Shown: positions 8,746-18,193 of the stretch, piece by piece | How the letters are laid out: every line of letters begins with the position of its first letter | How positions within the stretch are numbered: the stretch's first letter is position 1 | The notes under the pieces: model-generated | Told to the model about the DNA's origin: nothing | The model's input: only the letters and a program-made list of their open reading frames with translations | Database searches by the model: none | Virus record (IMG/VR): IMGVR_UViG_3300029928_000131 | Strand: one strand, 5' to 3' | From: an uncultured virus (IMG/VR IMGVR_UViG_3300029928_000131) | Lineage: Duplodnaviria; Heunggongvirae; Uroviricota; Caudoviricetes | Length of the DNA: 64,000 bases | Translations under genes and position numbers: made by a program

Positions 8746-8781
8746 GGTGCATTCTCCTTTCCTCAAAAATTATTCCAACGG

Positions 8782-9126
8782 CTATTTCAACCGGGGGAAT
8801 TTTGTTGAGCGTCCTGGTTTGCCCTTCTGTGGGGGCTGTGAGGCGTCCTGTGCGCCGCCAAGTATCTTGTTGGCATCAGAGCGCAGAGCTTCCGGCGTCG
8901 TGCCGAGAAGCCCGCACAGAGCCTTTGCCTGCATTGTACGCCCGTAGCGCGAATATAGGCTGTCGGCGATGCCTGGATCAATGCCAAGCCTGCGCGCCGT
9001 GTTCTGCACGCCCTCCAGCGTGTCAGCCGTCCCGCTGATCGCCTGCTCCGCTTTCGTTGCCGCGCCTTGCAGGTCTGCGGAGGGGAACATTTTCGACGCT
9101 GCCGCTATGATCTGCCTGAGATCCAT
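8782..9126 (-). CDS. Hypothetical protein
   Basis: In operon, RBS present. Confidence 0.65.
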   Translation of the reverse strand: MDLRQIIAAASKMFPSADLQGAATKAEQAISGTADTLEGVQNTARRLGIDPGIADSLYSRYGRTMQAKALCGLLGTTPEALRSDANKILGGAQDASQPPQKGKPGRSTKFPRLK

Positions 9127-9427
9127 TCTCTTTCAGCTCCTTTACTTGGGCCGACAGGCCCTTGATGACCTCGGCCATGTCGCTCATGGCCGACTGCATC
9201 TCGCTCATCAGTTGCTCCTGCGTCTTTGGTGGCGTGATGACACCGAGTTCGACGAGTTTGTCGTAATACTGCTGCGTCGTGCCTTCCAGCTCTGCGTAAG
9301 CGGCAGCCGTCTTCCCGATGAGCTGCTGGCGGTTGCCAAAATAGTCGGCCTGAAAAATATCTCCGCCGTCAATAACGCACATCATGCAGTTGCTGCCGCT
9401 ATACCCGGCGATTGCAAACTGGTCCAT
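9023..9427 (-). CDS. Hypothetical coiled-coil protein
   Basis: GGAGGTG RBS before MDQFAIAG. Confidence 0.65.
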   Translation of the reverse strand: MDQFAIAGYSGSNCMMCVIDGGDIFQADYFGNRQQLIGKTAAAYAELEGTTQQYYDKLVELGVITPPKTQEQLMSEMQSAMSDMAEVIKGLSAQVKELKENGSQADHSGSVENVPLRRPARRGNESGAGDQRDG

Positions 9428-9513
9428 CTCGCGCACCTCCTTTTTCTGCCTCAATGATAACGAAAAAGAGACCCCACAAAGAGCCTGAAAAGGGTCTTTG
9501 TAAGGTCTCTTCT

Positions 9514-9753
9514 TTATGTGTTTTTGATGCCGTCCGCGATCTTGCCGTATGCCCGGCGTCGCCGCGTCTTTACGTACTCCGGTGAGACGTGCAGCGTCTC
9601 CGCGACCTCAACGCGGCTTCTCCCGCGCACGTCGCATTCGATAAGGCAGTACGCCTCATCCGCCGGAAGCTCAAACGATAAGATATACGCCACGGCCCGC
9701 TTGGGGGCCATAGAGGAAAGCTGTGCTCTGATCTGCTTGTGCTGACTGTTCAT
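9514..9753 (-). CDS. Sigma-70 region 4-like HTH protein
   Basis: RGRSRVEVAETLHVSPEYVKTRRRRAYGKI. Confidence 0.7.
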   Translation of the reverse strand: MNSQHKQIRAQLSSMAPKRAVAYILSFELPADEAYCLIECDVRGRSRVEVAETLHVSPEYVKTRRRRAYGKIADGIKNT

Positions 9754-9830
9754 GCCCGCGTAGGGCTTGCAGAGGCGCTTTCGCGTGGGCTTTCGCCGCC
9801 CGCTCCTTCCCGTGCCCGATTAGGACACCG

Positions 9831-10439
9831 TTATTTTGTCGCTCTCTGGATCATCGTCACGGCTTCCTGCCGTGTGATCAGCCCCTGCGGGGCGCTGCCG
9901 TCCGTGATGCCCGCCGCCTTTGCCGCCGCCCAGTCGCTCGCCGCCCACGTGGAGACGGTTTTCGTGCGCTGCTGCGCGAGCCATGCGTCCATCATCTTGT
10001 TAAACGTCGCCTGGTCCATATATTCCTCCATTTCCGGCGGGAGTTTGCCCGCCAAGATCATTGAGCCGGTATGTCTGAGGTGGTTATCCCACTGAAAATG
10101 GGGCTTGTCGGGGAATTTCTTCCAGTCACCGCCCCACGAAAAGCCGACCTGCTTGCCGATCTGCCCGCAGCGGGCGAAGAACGACGGATCGTCGTACTCA
10201 TGTCCCTTGACGTTTTTGCAGATGTCAAACGCCAGCCCCGCCTTGACAGAGTGGAACGTCGGGCGCGTCGCGTTTTTCGACGCATAGCCCTTTGCGACCA
10301 AATCGCGCTGGTACTCGTCGTCGCGCACCGTCTCCGTCACGAGCACGGGAAGTCCCGCCTCTTTGCAGAGATCAAGAAAGATGACGCAGTTCGCGCGCAC
10401 GTCCGCCCGCAGGTCGGCGATATCCCTACTGTGATACAT
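9831..10439 (-). CDS. Endolysin, M15 family peptidase
   Basis: ETVRDDEYQ, H..GLAFD, WGGDWKKFPDKPHFQ. Confidence 0.9.
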   Translation of the reverse strand: MYHSRDIADLRADVRANCVIFLDLCKEAGLPVLVTETVRDDEYQRDLVAKGYASKNATRPTFHSVKAGLAFDICKNVKGHEYDDPSFFARCGQIGKQVGFSWGGDWKKFPDKPHFQWDNHLRHTGSMILAGKLPPEMEEYMDQATFNKMMDAWLAQQRTKTVSTWAASDWAAAKAAGITDGSAPQGLITRQEAVTMIQRATK

Positions 10440-10644
10440 CGCCATCACCCTTACTGTCGATCACGTCCTGCGTCTTCTGGCTCTGCGTGCCGAAGTAGAA
10501 CGCAATGATAACCGCATAGATGGTCATAAAGTCCTGCGAGATGTTCCCCGTCACCGCCATATAGGCGAAAACGCCCGTCAGCACCAGCGTCACAAGGCTC
10601 TTGACGCTCAGCAGGTTTGCCAGTCTCTTATAAATCAGTTCCAT
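10426..10644 (-). CDS. Holin
   Basis: Two TM segments, YFGTQ motif, adjacent to lysin. Confidence 0.8.
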   Translation of the reverse strand: MELIYKRLANLLSVKSLVTLVLTGVFAYMAVTGNISQDFMTIYAVIIAFYFGTQSQKTQDVIDSKGDGDVSQ

Positions 10645-10879
10645 TGCTTTTCTCCTTTCGTCCCGATAGTTTGTCCGCGATGGCGACGCCCGCCGTCATC
10701 ACGTCTACAATGCCGCCTACGCCCAGCACATAGGGGAACATGGAATCCCATTGCCACCCCTTGACGCTGTAGAATACGACGGTATACACGATGAACACGC
10801 TCATAAACACGGCGACCGCGCATAGGATGCGGTTGCGCGTTTTGAGCTTCTTTGTGCGCTTCACGTCCTGACCTCCCAT
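10628..10879 (-). CDS. Two-TM lysis-cluster membrane protein
   Basis: Hydrophobic segments, position. Confidence 0.6.
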   Translation of the reverse strand: MGGQDVKRTKKLKTRNRILCAVAVFMSVFIVYTVVFYSVKGWQWDSMFPYVLGVGGIVDVMTAGVAIADKLSGRKEKSNGTDL

Positions 10880-11166
10880 CCGTCGATCTCGGACTTGATC
10901 TTGTCGATAAAGCTGTTGCCGCCGAGCATCTTATATCCCTTGTAGAGATACAGAAAGTCTTCCAGCTCGTACTGACGAATGAATTTGTCCTCTTTGTGCC
11001 GGTAGTACGTGTGCAGCATATCGTGCCGCAGCTGACATTTCATCGCGTCCGTCAGCTTGTCAAAGCCGAGGATCCTGTTGCGCAGCGGCTTGATCAGCAG
11101 CGCCAGCGCGCCCAGAATGACCGTGATCTCCGAGCACACCGACGCAATCCTTGCCAAATCTCCCAT
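10861..11166 (-). CDS. Holin-like membrane protein
   Basis: N-terminal TM; YKMLGGNS motif. Confidence 0.65.
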   Translation of the reverse strand: MGDLARIASVCSEITVILGALALLIKPLRNRILGFDKLTDAMKCQLRHDMLHTYYRHKEDKFIRQYELEDFLYLYKGYKMLGGNSFIDKIKSEIDGWEVRT

Positions 11167-11188
11167 ATCCCGCTCCCTTTCTGCGGCC

Positions 11189-11926
11189 TTACACCGCCGT
11201 AAAATACTGCCCTACCAGCTCATGCGGCAGATACTGCAACACGATCTTCCCGCCCGCAGCTTCGCCGGTGCGCTCGCACAGGTACGTCTTGCCGTCCTCG
11301 CTGTCGAGGTAGTACTTGCCGTACTCGTACTCCATGCCGCGAGAAGCGGGGATGGGGTCATCCATTGTTCCCGCGTGCTCCACGTCGACCACGACCCACA
11401 TCGCGGGCGTTGCGGCGGGGTTCCAGCCCTCTTGCGAGGTGTGCGCCTGCTGGCACTTGTAGAGCTTGCCGTTATCGTTCACGCGGTCGCCGACGGCGTA
11501 GCTGACGGGATATGCCCACGCGGGGAACAGCTCGATAGCCTTTGCTGCGTCACTGTCCGGCAGGCTCACTGCCGCCGCCTCGATGACGGGGCGCAGCTCC
11601 GCCGCGCGCTGCGGCGTAATGCTCTGGCCCACCAGCGCCGTGACGGCGTTCTCGCTATTTGTGAGTTGTGCAGCGCCGCCGATCTGCTCAAAGCCTCCGG
11701 TCGGTTCGTTGCCGTGCATAGTCTTACCGTCAAAGCGATATACAGTATCGACCATCGCCGCGATCGGTTCGCCGTCTTCCGTTGTCGTTTCTCTTGCGAT
11801 TTTTGCGCAAAATCCTTCTGCCTCATCCTCACTGCACGGGATATAACATCCGTTGATGTGTAGCTTGATGAGCAAGACAGAATCAGCGTAACCGTCAAAT
11901 ACCCCGTTTTTGGTTACTGCGTACAT
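11189..11926 (-). CDS. Tail-associated protein with CBM5/12-like carbohydrate-binding module
   Basis: YAVGDRV..GKLYKCQQAHTSQEGWNPAATPAMW. Confidence 0.75.
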   Translation of the reverse strand: MYAVTKNGVFDGYADSVLLIKLHINGCYIPCSEDEAEGFCAKIARETTTEDGEPIAAMVDTVYRFDGKTMHGNEPTGGFEQIGGAAQLTNSENAVTALVGQSITPQRAAELRPVIEAAAVSLPDSDAAKAIELFPAWAYPVSYAVGDRVNDNGKLYKCQQAHTSQEGWNPAATPAMWVVVDVEHAGTMDDPIPASRGMEYEYGKYYLDSEDGKTYLCERTGEAAGGKIVLQYLPHELVGQYFTAV

Positions 11927-12285
11927 ACATTCCCTCCGATCTTTCGTTGATAAATTTCTTCCAGTTTTTTTGTTGATGCCGTTCTCAAGCGGTTTTTCCA
12001 GTATCTGTTTTCCTGATCCGGCCATTTCTCGTCTGCAAAGTCGTCCGCGCAACCGTGCTTGTCATAGTAGCGATAGAGGCCGTCGAGCATTTCTTGTCGG
12101 TACGCGCCCTCCGGCGTGTTCGGGCGGAAATGCTCCCACCCGTTTTCAGACGTGACGGCGCAAATCCGCCGCTCGTCAGCGGCAAAGAGAAAGCCGTCCC
12201 GCTCCGCGACAAGCGTCCCGTATCGGAGGTTAAACCCTCCGTCGATGCCCTCGGCCTTAAAGCGCCGATAGACGATATACTCCAT
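11914..12285 (-). CDS. Hypothetical protein
   Basis: GGAGG RBS; 123 aa. Confidence 0.7.
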   Translation of the reverse strand: MEYIVYRRFKAEGIDGGFNLRYGTLVAERDGFLFAADERRICAVTSENGWEHFRPNTPEGAYRQEMLDGLYRYYDKHGCADDFADEKWPDQENRYWKNRLRTASTKKLEEIYQRKIGGNVCTQ

Positions 12286-12343
12286 AGCTTTATCCTCCCT
12301 TGAATAATTCTCGATGCGGAATATAACCTAATCACTCGGAGGA

Positions 12344-12766
12344 TTAAGCTCGCGCCTTATCGCTCCGCTTGATTTTAGAGATTTGCGAGAGCTCGTCCGT
12401 AATGAGCTTTACCCACTCTTTGAGGACGTTCGGCGGTATCTTCTCATGGTTGACGGTCATATACGCGAGGTCGAGCACGTCGAGCATCGAGTTATAATAG
12501 CCCTGCGCCGTCTCGTAATACTCTTTCCGCCGCTGGATGTTCCGGCGGCGTATCTCCTCGGGAGATTTCTCGTCAACGTAAATGAGGTTTGCCGTCTTTA
12601 TCATGCGATAAGCCTCTCGCGCCGCGTTGTAGAGCGGCAAGGAAAAATAAAAGGTGTAGCTTTTCGGCAAGATGCGGACGCGGTTATATGTGAATACATA
12701 AATCTCGCGGGCGAGGTTGATATACTCCGCCGGGCTTTCGCCGCGTCTCGATTTTGGTACGGACAT
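12344..12766 (-). CDS. avd: Avd-like DGR accessory protein
   Basis: MSVPKSRR start, helical basic 140 aa, AN..RRKEY and WVKLI..E..I..K.SD pattern; follows lectin-fold target gene. Confidence 0.75.
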   Translation of the reverse strand: MSVPKSRRGESPAEYINLAREIYVFTYNRVRILPKSYTFYFSLPLYNAAREAYRMIKTANLIYVDEKSPEEIRRRNIQRRKEYYETAQGYYNSMLDVLDLAYMTVNHEKIPPNVLKEWVKLITDELSQISKIKRSDKARA

Positions 12767-12788
12767 TTTCTTTCCTCCTCGCCGACTA

Positions 12789-12807
12789 TGCGCCCATTGA
12801 GGGCGCA
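12789..12807. promoter_or_regulatory. DGR-type hairpin downstream of variable region
   Basis: TGCGCCC-ATTGA-GGGCGCA 16 nt after target stop codon. Confidence 0.6.
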
Positions 12808-12823
12808 AGTCTCGATTTCCGAA

Positions 12824-14152
12824 TTATACGCAAAAGCCGGGCGCGACACCATACGAACAGCTCGCGTAGCCGTAGACCGTGCCGTCGTAGCTCACAAACA
12901 CGAAAGCCGAGGAGCCGCTCGCATTCGGGGAACGGAGCCACCAAGTGACGGCGGTACTCGTCGCGCTGTGGTTGTACTTAATTTTGCTATTTCCGGCGGA
13001 ATAATAGGCGTACCGCGCTTGTTTGCTCGCCTCGTTGCTGTTTGCGTAGGTAGTGCTGCCGAAAACCTCGTACTCCGAGAGGAAGAAAACGTAATCCGTT
13101 GTTGCCGTGACTGCGCTCGCCGCCGTGCTGTTGCCGGTGTTGTTGGTGTACTTTGTAACGGACTTGAGGACGGCACGGAGCGCCGCCGGTAGAACGCCGA
13201 TAAACGTCCCGGAATAGCTCGAGAGGCTCGTCCCCAAAATCTTTGTACGCATATAAGAGGAGTTCCAGCCGCCGGAGTTTGTGTTCGAGGTATTCATGTA
13301 GAAATCGGAGTCGTCGCTATACCCGCTCACGAGACAAACATCCGTCCCGCCGGTGAGAGCCGTCTTTCCGATTTGGAAATGAATACGGTTTGCGCCCTCG
13401 ACGCTCGCGTTATGGTTAAACCCGATAATGAAAGCGTAGGTCGTGAAATTAGAGAGCGAGAGCTTGCTCATTGTGCCGTTAAGCGTTACGGCCTTGCGGT
13501 CGCCGATGCTCCAATAGTTCGCGCCCTGTCCCGCGTCGGAAACGGACTTGATAACGCTCCACTCGTTATTGTTGAGCGTGGTACTCACGAAAGAGAGCGT
13601 CAGCGCGTAGGAGGTCGTGGAGGACACGACATTGACGGAGCCGCTCACGGTCTGCCCGCTCTTTGTGGCCTCGACGGTGTATGTACCCGTCTCCGTGACG
13701 GTGAAAACCGCCGAGCCGGTGCTCGTCTTTGTGGCGATAGTCGTCCCGCCTTTTTTCAGCACGACGGACGCGCCGGAGTCCACGTTGACGGTAATCGTCG
13801 CAGAGAAGAACGTCAGCGATACCGCGTAGCTATCCACGACGGAGACGCTTTTCGTATCGGACGTTTGCCCGTTGAGCGTAGCCTTGACGCTCCATGTACC
13901 GGCCTCCGGCACAATAAGCGTGCAGCTTTCGTCAACGTTGATGCCGCTCACGGTGAGCGCCCCCTTCGTTGCTGCAACGGTCGCCCCCGTGGTAACGCTG
14001 ACCACGATTTTCAGCTCTGTGCCTGTGGTGATAGCTCCGATTGCGGAAACATATCCATCGGGATAAGACAGCGCACCGCTCGTCTTGCCTTTTGTGCGAA
14101 TTGCGTCTGCGACCTTTTTGAGATCGGTATCATTTGTCAAATATTCCGCCAT
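12824..14152 (-). CDS. Receptor-binding/DGR target protein (Ig-like repeats + C-terminal DUF6273/C-type lectin-like domain)
   Basis: C-terminus WWLRSP..GVAPGFCV; FFLSEYEVFG. Confidence 0.8.
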   Translation of the reverse strand: MAEYLTNDTDLKKVADAIRTKGKTSGALSYPDGYVSAIGAITTGTELKIVVSVTTGATVAATKGALTVSGINVDESCTLIVPEAGTWSVKATLNGQTSDTKSVSVVDSYAVSLTFFSATITVNVDSGASVVLKKGGTTIATKTSTGSAVFTVTETGTYTVEATKSGQTVSGSVNVVSSTTSYALTLSFVSTTLNNNEWSVIKSVSDAGQGANYWSIGDRKAVTLNGTMSKLSLSNFTTYAFIIGFNHNASVEGANRIHFQIGKTALTGGTDVCLVSGYSDDSDFYMNTSNTNSGGWNSSYMRTKILGTSLSSYSGTFIGVLPAALRAVLKSVTKYTNNTGNSTAASAVTATTDYVFFLSEYEVFGSTTYANSNEASKQARYAYYSAGNSKIKYNHSATSTAVTWWLRSPNASGSSAFVFVSYDGTVYGYASCSYGVAPGFCV

Positions 14153-15741
14153 TAGAAGCTCACCCCATTCGCATCGGGCACAGTGGCCGCTGCCCATGCG
14201 CCATTTACTACGCGCAGGAATTTCCCGTTATCAGCAGTCGTGACCGTGACATTGACCGCGCTGTCCGCCTTGCCCAAACTCGTCTGTACGTCGCTTGCAA
14301 GGTCGGATTTGGACACCGTCGACTTAAACGCCAGACTGCCGAGGTCGCTGAACCATTTCGCAATCTTGCCGAACAACACGGAGAGCTTTTCGCCCGTCGC
14401 GATGTTCGCGCGCGTAGTAGCCGCCGTAAACGCCGCCGTGACGTTGCTGCCGTCCCCCGTCTTGTCCAGCTTGCCGGAGATGTCGACCTTTCCCGCCGCT
14501 GCCGCCGCGATCTCGTTGACGTCGGATTCCGTGAAGTAGTCCGTGCCCTTGACCGGCGTTTTGCCATCCGCACCTGCGGGACCGGTCTCACCCTGCGGCC
14601 CCGTCGGACCTTGGGGGCCGGTTGCGCCGGTATCGCCCTTTTCACCCTGCGGGCCAGCGTCACCCTTTTCGCCTTTCAGCGAGCCGTCATCAAATTTCTG
14701 CTGGAACGTATCGCCGTCCGCAAACTTGACATTGCTCGCCGCCACGTCGCTGGTTTTGTCATCCACGTACTTAAATACGTCCCGATGCTTGCCCTGCGGG
14801 TCGTACACGCGCTCCAGCATATCGCCAGCGCCCGCACCGTTTGCACCGTTGTAGACCGCAAAGTCAAACGTCGTGCCGTCCGTCAGGGTGATGGTATACA
14901 CATCGCTCGTGCCGGGGGCGTGGTTGCCGCTCTTGAGCGCGATGCCGGAAATGCCGTTGCCGGTCTCGCCCTGCGGGCCTGTAGCGCCCGTGTTGCCGCG
15001 CGGCAGGCCAAAGACGAGCTTGTAGACGTTATCCACAAGGGACTTGCTCACCGTGGCGCTCTTGCCGGTCTCAAGCGTGACCGCCTCGACGATCATGTTG
15101 ACGATAGCGTCGCGCGCCGCCTGTGCATCGGTCTTTGCCGTCTCTGCCGCAGACTTGGCAGATGCCGCGTCCTCGGCGTTCTGAGCGGCCTGTGCGGCTT
15201 TCTGCCCCGCAGCGGTCGCACTGCCCGCCGCCTCGCCTTTCGCGCTCTCTGCGGCTTCCTGTGCCGATTCTGCCGCCGTCTTGGCGCTCTGCGCGCCTGT
15301 CTGTGCGCTCTCCGCTGCTTTTTGTGCGTTGGCGGCAGCGGCCTGCGCATTCTTCGCCGCCGTCTCGGACGCAGCGGCATTGTTCGCCGCCGTCTGCGCG
15401 GCCTGTACTTTCTCGTCAACGCCGGTCGCCGACGAGGCCGCAGCCGCCGCAGAAGCTGCCGCTGCTTTGGCAGATGCATCCGCCGCATCGACCTTGTCGT
15501 CAATGCCCTCGGCAGCGCTCGCGGCCTTTGCCGCCGATGCCGCCGCCGCGTCAGCGGATTCTTTGGCCGTGTCGGCGTACTCCTTGACGCCCTGCACCTC
15601 TTCGGCAACAGCGTCTTTTGCGTACTGCACGACCTGCGAGCCTTTGAGCTTCTTCGCCTCGCCGCCCTGTTCCAGCACAAAAAGGTCGTCGCCCGTGATC
15701 TGCTGCGCTTGGGTCAGGTCGGTGATCGCTTTATCAGCCAT
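14152..15741 (-). CDS. Tail fibre with Ala-rich and collagen-like repeats
   Basis: SA/AA-rich coil; G-X-Y triplets. Confidence 0.8.
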   Translation of the reverse strand: MADKAITDLTQAQQITGDDLFVLEQGGEAKKLKGSQVVQYAKDAVAEEVQGVKEYADTAKESADAAAASAAKAASAAEGIDDKVDAADASAKAAAASAAAAASSATGVDEKVQAAQTAANNAAASETAAKNAQAAAANAQKAAESAQTGAQSAKTAAESAQEAAESAKGEAAGSATAAGQKAAQAAQNAEDAASAKSAAETAKTDAQAARDAIVNMIVEAVTLETGKSATVSKSLVDNVYKLVFGLPRGNTGATGPQGETGNGISGIALKSGNHAPGTSDVYTITLTDGTTFDFAVYNGANGAGAGDMLERVYDPQGKHRDVFKYVDDKTSDVAASNVKFADGDTFQQKFDDGSLKGEKGDAGPQGEKGDTGATGPQGPTGPQGETGPAGADGKTPVKGTDYFTESDVNEIAAAAAGKVDISGKLDKTGDGSNVTAAFTAATTRANIATGEKLSVLFGKIAKWFSDLGSLAFKSTVSKSDLASDVQTSLGKADSAVNVTVTTADNGKFLRVVNGAWAAATVPDANGVSF

Positions 15742-15946
15742 CCGCTACCTCGCTTTCCGCGGGCTTCTTCTTGCCCTCTTTCGTGGGCGGTTCGTCCGGC
15801 TTGTCCAGCTCGGCAAAGGCGTTTTCGAGGTGCTGCATCGCCATCGCCATACGCTTGGCCTCGCCGCCCTTGACGTAGATGCCGGTAATCATGGCATATG
15901 CGCCGTTGATCTGCTCACGCAGTTTGTTTTTGTCCATCATTATCAC
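15734..15946 (-). CDS. Hypothetical protein
   Basis: Coupled in tail operon. Confidence 0.6.
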   Translation of the reverse strand: MIMMDKNKLREQINGAYAMITGIYVKGGEAKRMAMAMQHLENAFAELDKPDEPPTKEGKKKPAESEVADG

Positions 15947-15948
15947 TC

Positions 15949-16383
15949 CTATCCTGATACATCCCAGCTGCCGGTGTAAATGTATGCGTCATACGGCTCC
16001 CAACTGCCGGTGTAGATATACGGGACATACGCGTTCCAGCCGTTGGTGTAGATATACACAACATTGCTTGAGCTGTCGCTATACGTCGTGGCTGTGCCCT
16101 CATCGCTGTAATCGGATACTGCCCAATCGCCGTTCCAGTAGTACAGATTGCACACCCACTCATATTCTTCGCCCGGAGAAAGCCCCGTGATATAGCCGGA
16201 GAATGTGCTTGTGCCGCCGCCTGTCTCGTTTGACGTAAATTCGAATGTTCCTACACCGATGACGCGGATATCGATAAGTCGGTCATAGCTATAATCGCTC
16301 GCGCCACCTGAGAATCTGGCATAAACTTCAAGCTTTGTCCCGTCCCCGTCCACAGGCGTGACGCTGCAATAAAAACTTGCCAT
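15949..16383 (-). CDS. Minor tail protein
   Basis: YIYT repeats; position. Confidence 0.6.
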   Translation of the reverse strand: MASFYCSVTPVDGDGTKLEVYARFSGGASDYSYDRLIDIRVIGVGTFEFTSNETGGGTSTFSGYITGLSPGEEYEWVCNLYYWNGDWAVSDYSDEGTATTYSDSSSNVVYIYTNGWNAYVPYIYTGSWEPYDAYIYTGSWDVSG

Positions 16384-16391
16384 GCGTCACC

Positions 16392-17474
16392 TCACTTCAA
16401 AAGGAAGAACAGTTGACCGTACCGCGGATTAGACGGCAAGCTCGTCCCGTACACATTAGAGCCTATCAGCAGTCTGCCGCCGCCAAGCGTAATGTAATCG
16501 TCAGCAACCGTGATAAACGCGCCGTTGTCAGCGCTGGCAGCGAGGTACACATTACCGCCTGAAACAAGCTGGATGCCGCCGACGCTAGTCTTGATGCTCA
16601 CGCCGTAGCCGGTCGTCGTGTACTCAATGCCGAGTTGTCCGACTTGGCTGTTGCTGCTCGCCAAAAGCTGGACGTAGCGCCCGCGCAGCTTTTCCGCCGT
16701 GATGCTCGTCTCGTCGATGTACGTCTCGATAGCACTGTTGACCTCGCTCTCGCTCAGGCCAGCGTTGTCGTCGACGTAGGTCTTAGTCGCGTAATTTGAT
16801 CCGTCTTTGAGGTCGCCGACGCTAATACTGCTTGCTTGGATTTGGCTTGCCTTGAGCGTGCCGGTGATGTTCGCCGCAGCGACGTACAGATTGTCCGTCT
16901 TGATGCTGCTGCCGTTGATGAGCGTCGTGCCGCTCGCGTCCGTCACCGTCAGGCCGTCCAGCGTGGTCTTGACCTCCGTGTACTTGCCGTCCAGCCCCTC
17001 GACCTTGAGCATGATCTCCTCGCTGGTCTTGGTGATCAGCGACCGTGCCTTAGCCATGTTGCGCTCGATCTGCCGCTGCGTCGGCGACTTGTAGGGATAC
17101 TCGTCGTCGATCTCGTCTGCATCCGGCGCGGAGATGTCCGGCGAAAGCAGAGGGTCGAACGTCATATCCAGCGCAACGAGCGGAACGTAAAACCCGTCCA
17201 CCGTCACCGCGTCGCCCAGCTCCACCGCAGGATCGAGCAGTGCCGAGCTGCCCTCATAGCCGACGTGAGTATAGCCGGAGACTTTGGCGAGGATCGCCGC
17301 CGCCATCGCATCCGTGCCGTCCGGCTGCAAAGCCGTCAACGTCCGTCCGGTGTCCGATCCGGACACCGCGACCACGTCGCCGTTTTCATCGAGCAGCTCG
17401 ACCTTTGTAATGGGCTGCGACGCGATACCCGGGGAAAACTCCGCCAGCCGCCGCCCCAAATAGGTTTTGTCCAT
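16392..17474 (-). CDS. Tail tip/spike protein
   Basis: LDPAVELGDAVTV; position. Confidence 0.7.
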   Translation of the reverse strand: MDKTYLGRRLAEFSPGIASQPITKVELLDENGDVVAVSGSDTGRTLTALQPDGTDAMAAAILAKVSGYTHVGYEGSSALLDPAVELGDAVTVDGFYVPLVALDMTFDPLLSPDISAPDADEIDDEYPYKSPTQRQIERNMAKARSLITKTSEEIMLKVEGLDGKYTEVKTTLDGLTVTDASGTTLINGSSIKTDNLYVAAANITGTLKASQIQASSISVGDLKDGSNYATKTYVDDNAGLSESEVNSAIETYIDETSITAEKLRGRYVQLLASSNSQVGQLGIEYTTTGYGVSIKTSVGGIQLVSGGNVYLAASADNGAFITVADDYITLGGGRLLIGSNVYGTSLPSNPRYGQLFFLLK

Positions 17475-17484
17475 GTTGCCCTCC

Positions 17485-18189
17485 TTACACGAGGATGCGC
17501 ACGCCGCCGAAGGTGATGGCGCTGCCGGTCTCTGTTACCAGATAGTTGGTCTCCTCCGGTATGGAGTTGAGACCCACCAGCAGCAGCTTCCCATCGTCTG
17601 TAATGATCCAGTTACCCGCGTTGGCGACCGCAATGCGTCCCAGCGCCTCGCGCATCGTCATATCGCCCTCGTCGTCCACGGGATACTGCATCGGAAACGC
17701 CGCGTCGAGCGCCGTGCGGCTGTCCACCTGGACGCCCATGCGCGCCGCGATATCAGCAACCGCTGTTGCCGCTGGCATCGGCCAATTTTCGGCGTCGTAC
17801 GTCTCGTCAAGCCACGTCTCCTCCGCCTTGAGCATCGCGTCATACCCATGCACGCTCAAAACGCCCGTGCTCCGGTCAGTTTTGCGCGTGGAGAAGAAAA
17901 ACACGCCCTTCGGGATCCACTCGCTCACCTGCTCGCCGAGTACCAGCCTCACATACACCTCAATTTTCGCCTGCCGTGGGATTGTACCCTGCGGGTAAAT
18001 CTCAAAATCGATCTGCCGCGCGCAGCAGTTGCCGATGCCAAACTCGGAGTATAGCCCACCGTCGATCCGCAGCGAGCCCTCCACGATCTTGTCCTCGCCG
18101 TAGGTGACGCCCGCGATCACGAGCTTGACCTCTTTGCGGTGCCCTGGGCTTGCAAGCAGCGTCCGCCATAAATCGCTTACACTGTGCAT
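17485..18189 (-). CDS. Tail hub protein
   Basis: IGNCCARQIDF, GYDAMLK; position. Confidence 0.7.
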   Translation of the reverse strand: MHSVSDLWRTLLASPGHRKEVKLVIAGVTYGEDKIVEGSLRIDGGLYSEFGIGNCCARQIDFEIYPQGTIPRQAKIEVYVRLVLGEQVSEWIPKGVFFFSTRKTDRSTGVLSVHGYDAMLKAEETWLDETYDAENWPMPAATAVADIAARMGVQVDSRTALDAAFPMQYPVDDEGDMTMREALGRIAVANAGNWIITDDGKLLLVGLNSIPEETNYLVTETGSAITFGGVRILV

Positions 18190-18193
18190 GCCC

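Noticed and set aside
12286..12343. DGR template repeat
   Set aside because: 58 nt with no similarity to the variable region; no TR seen elsewhere by eye
14299..14317. Thirteenth copy of the 19-bp palindrome
   Set aside because: Only the right half matches; not counted
14560..15560. Tandem repeat element
   Set aside because: Ordinary collagen-like and Ala-rich coding repeats of a tail fibre
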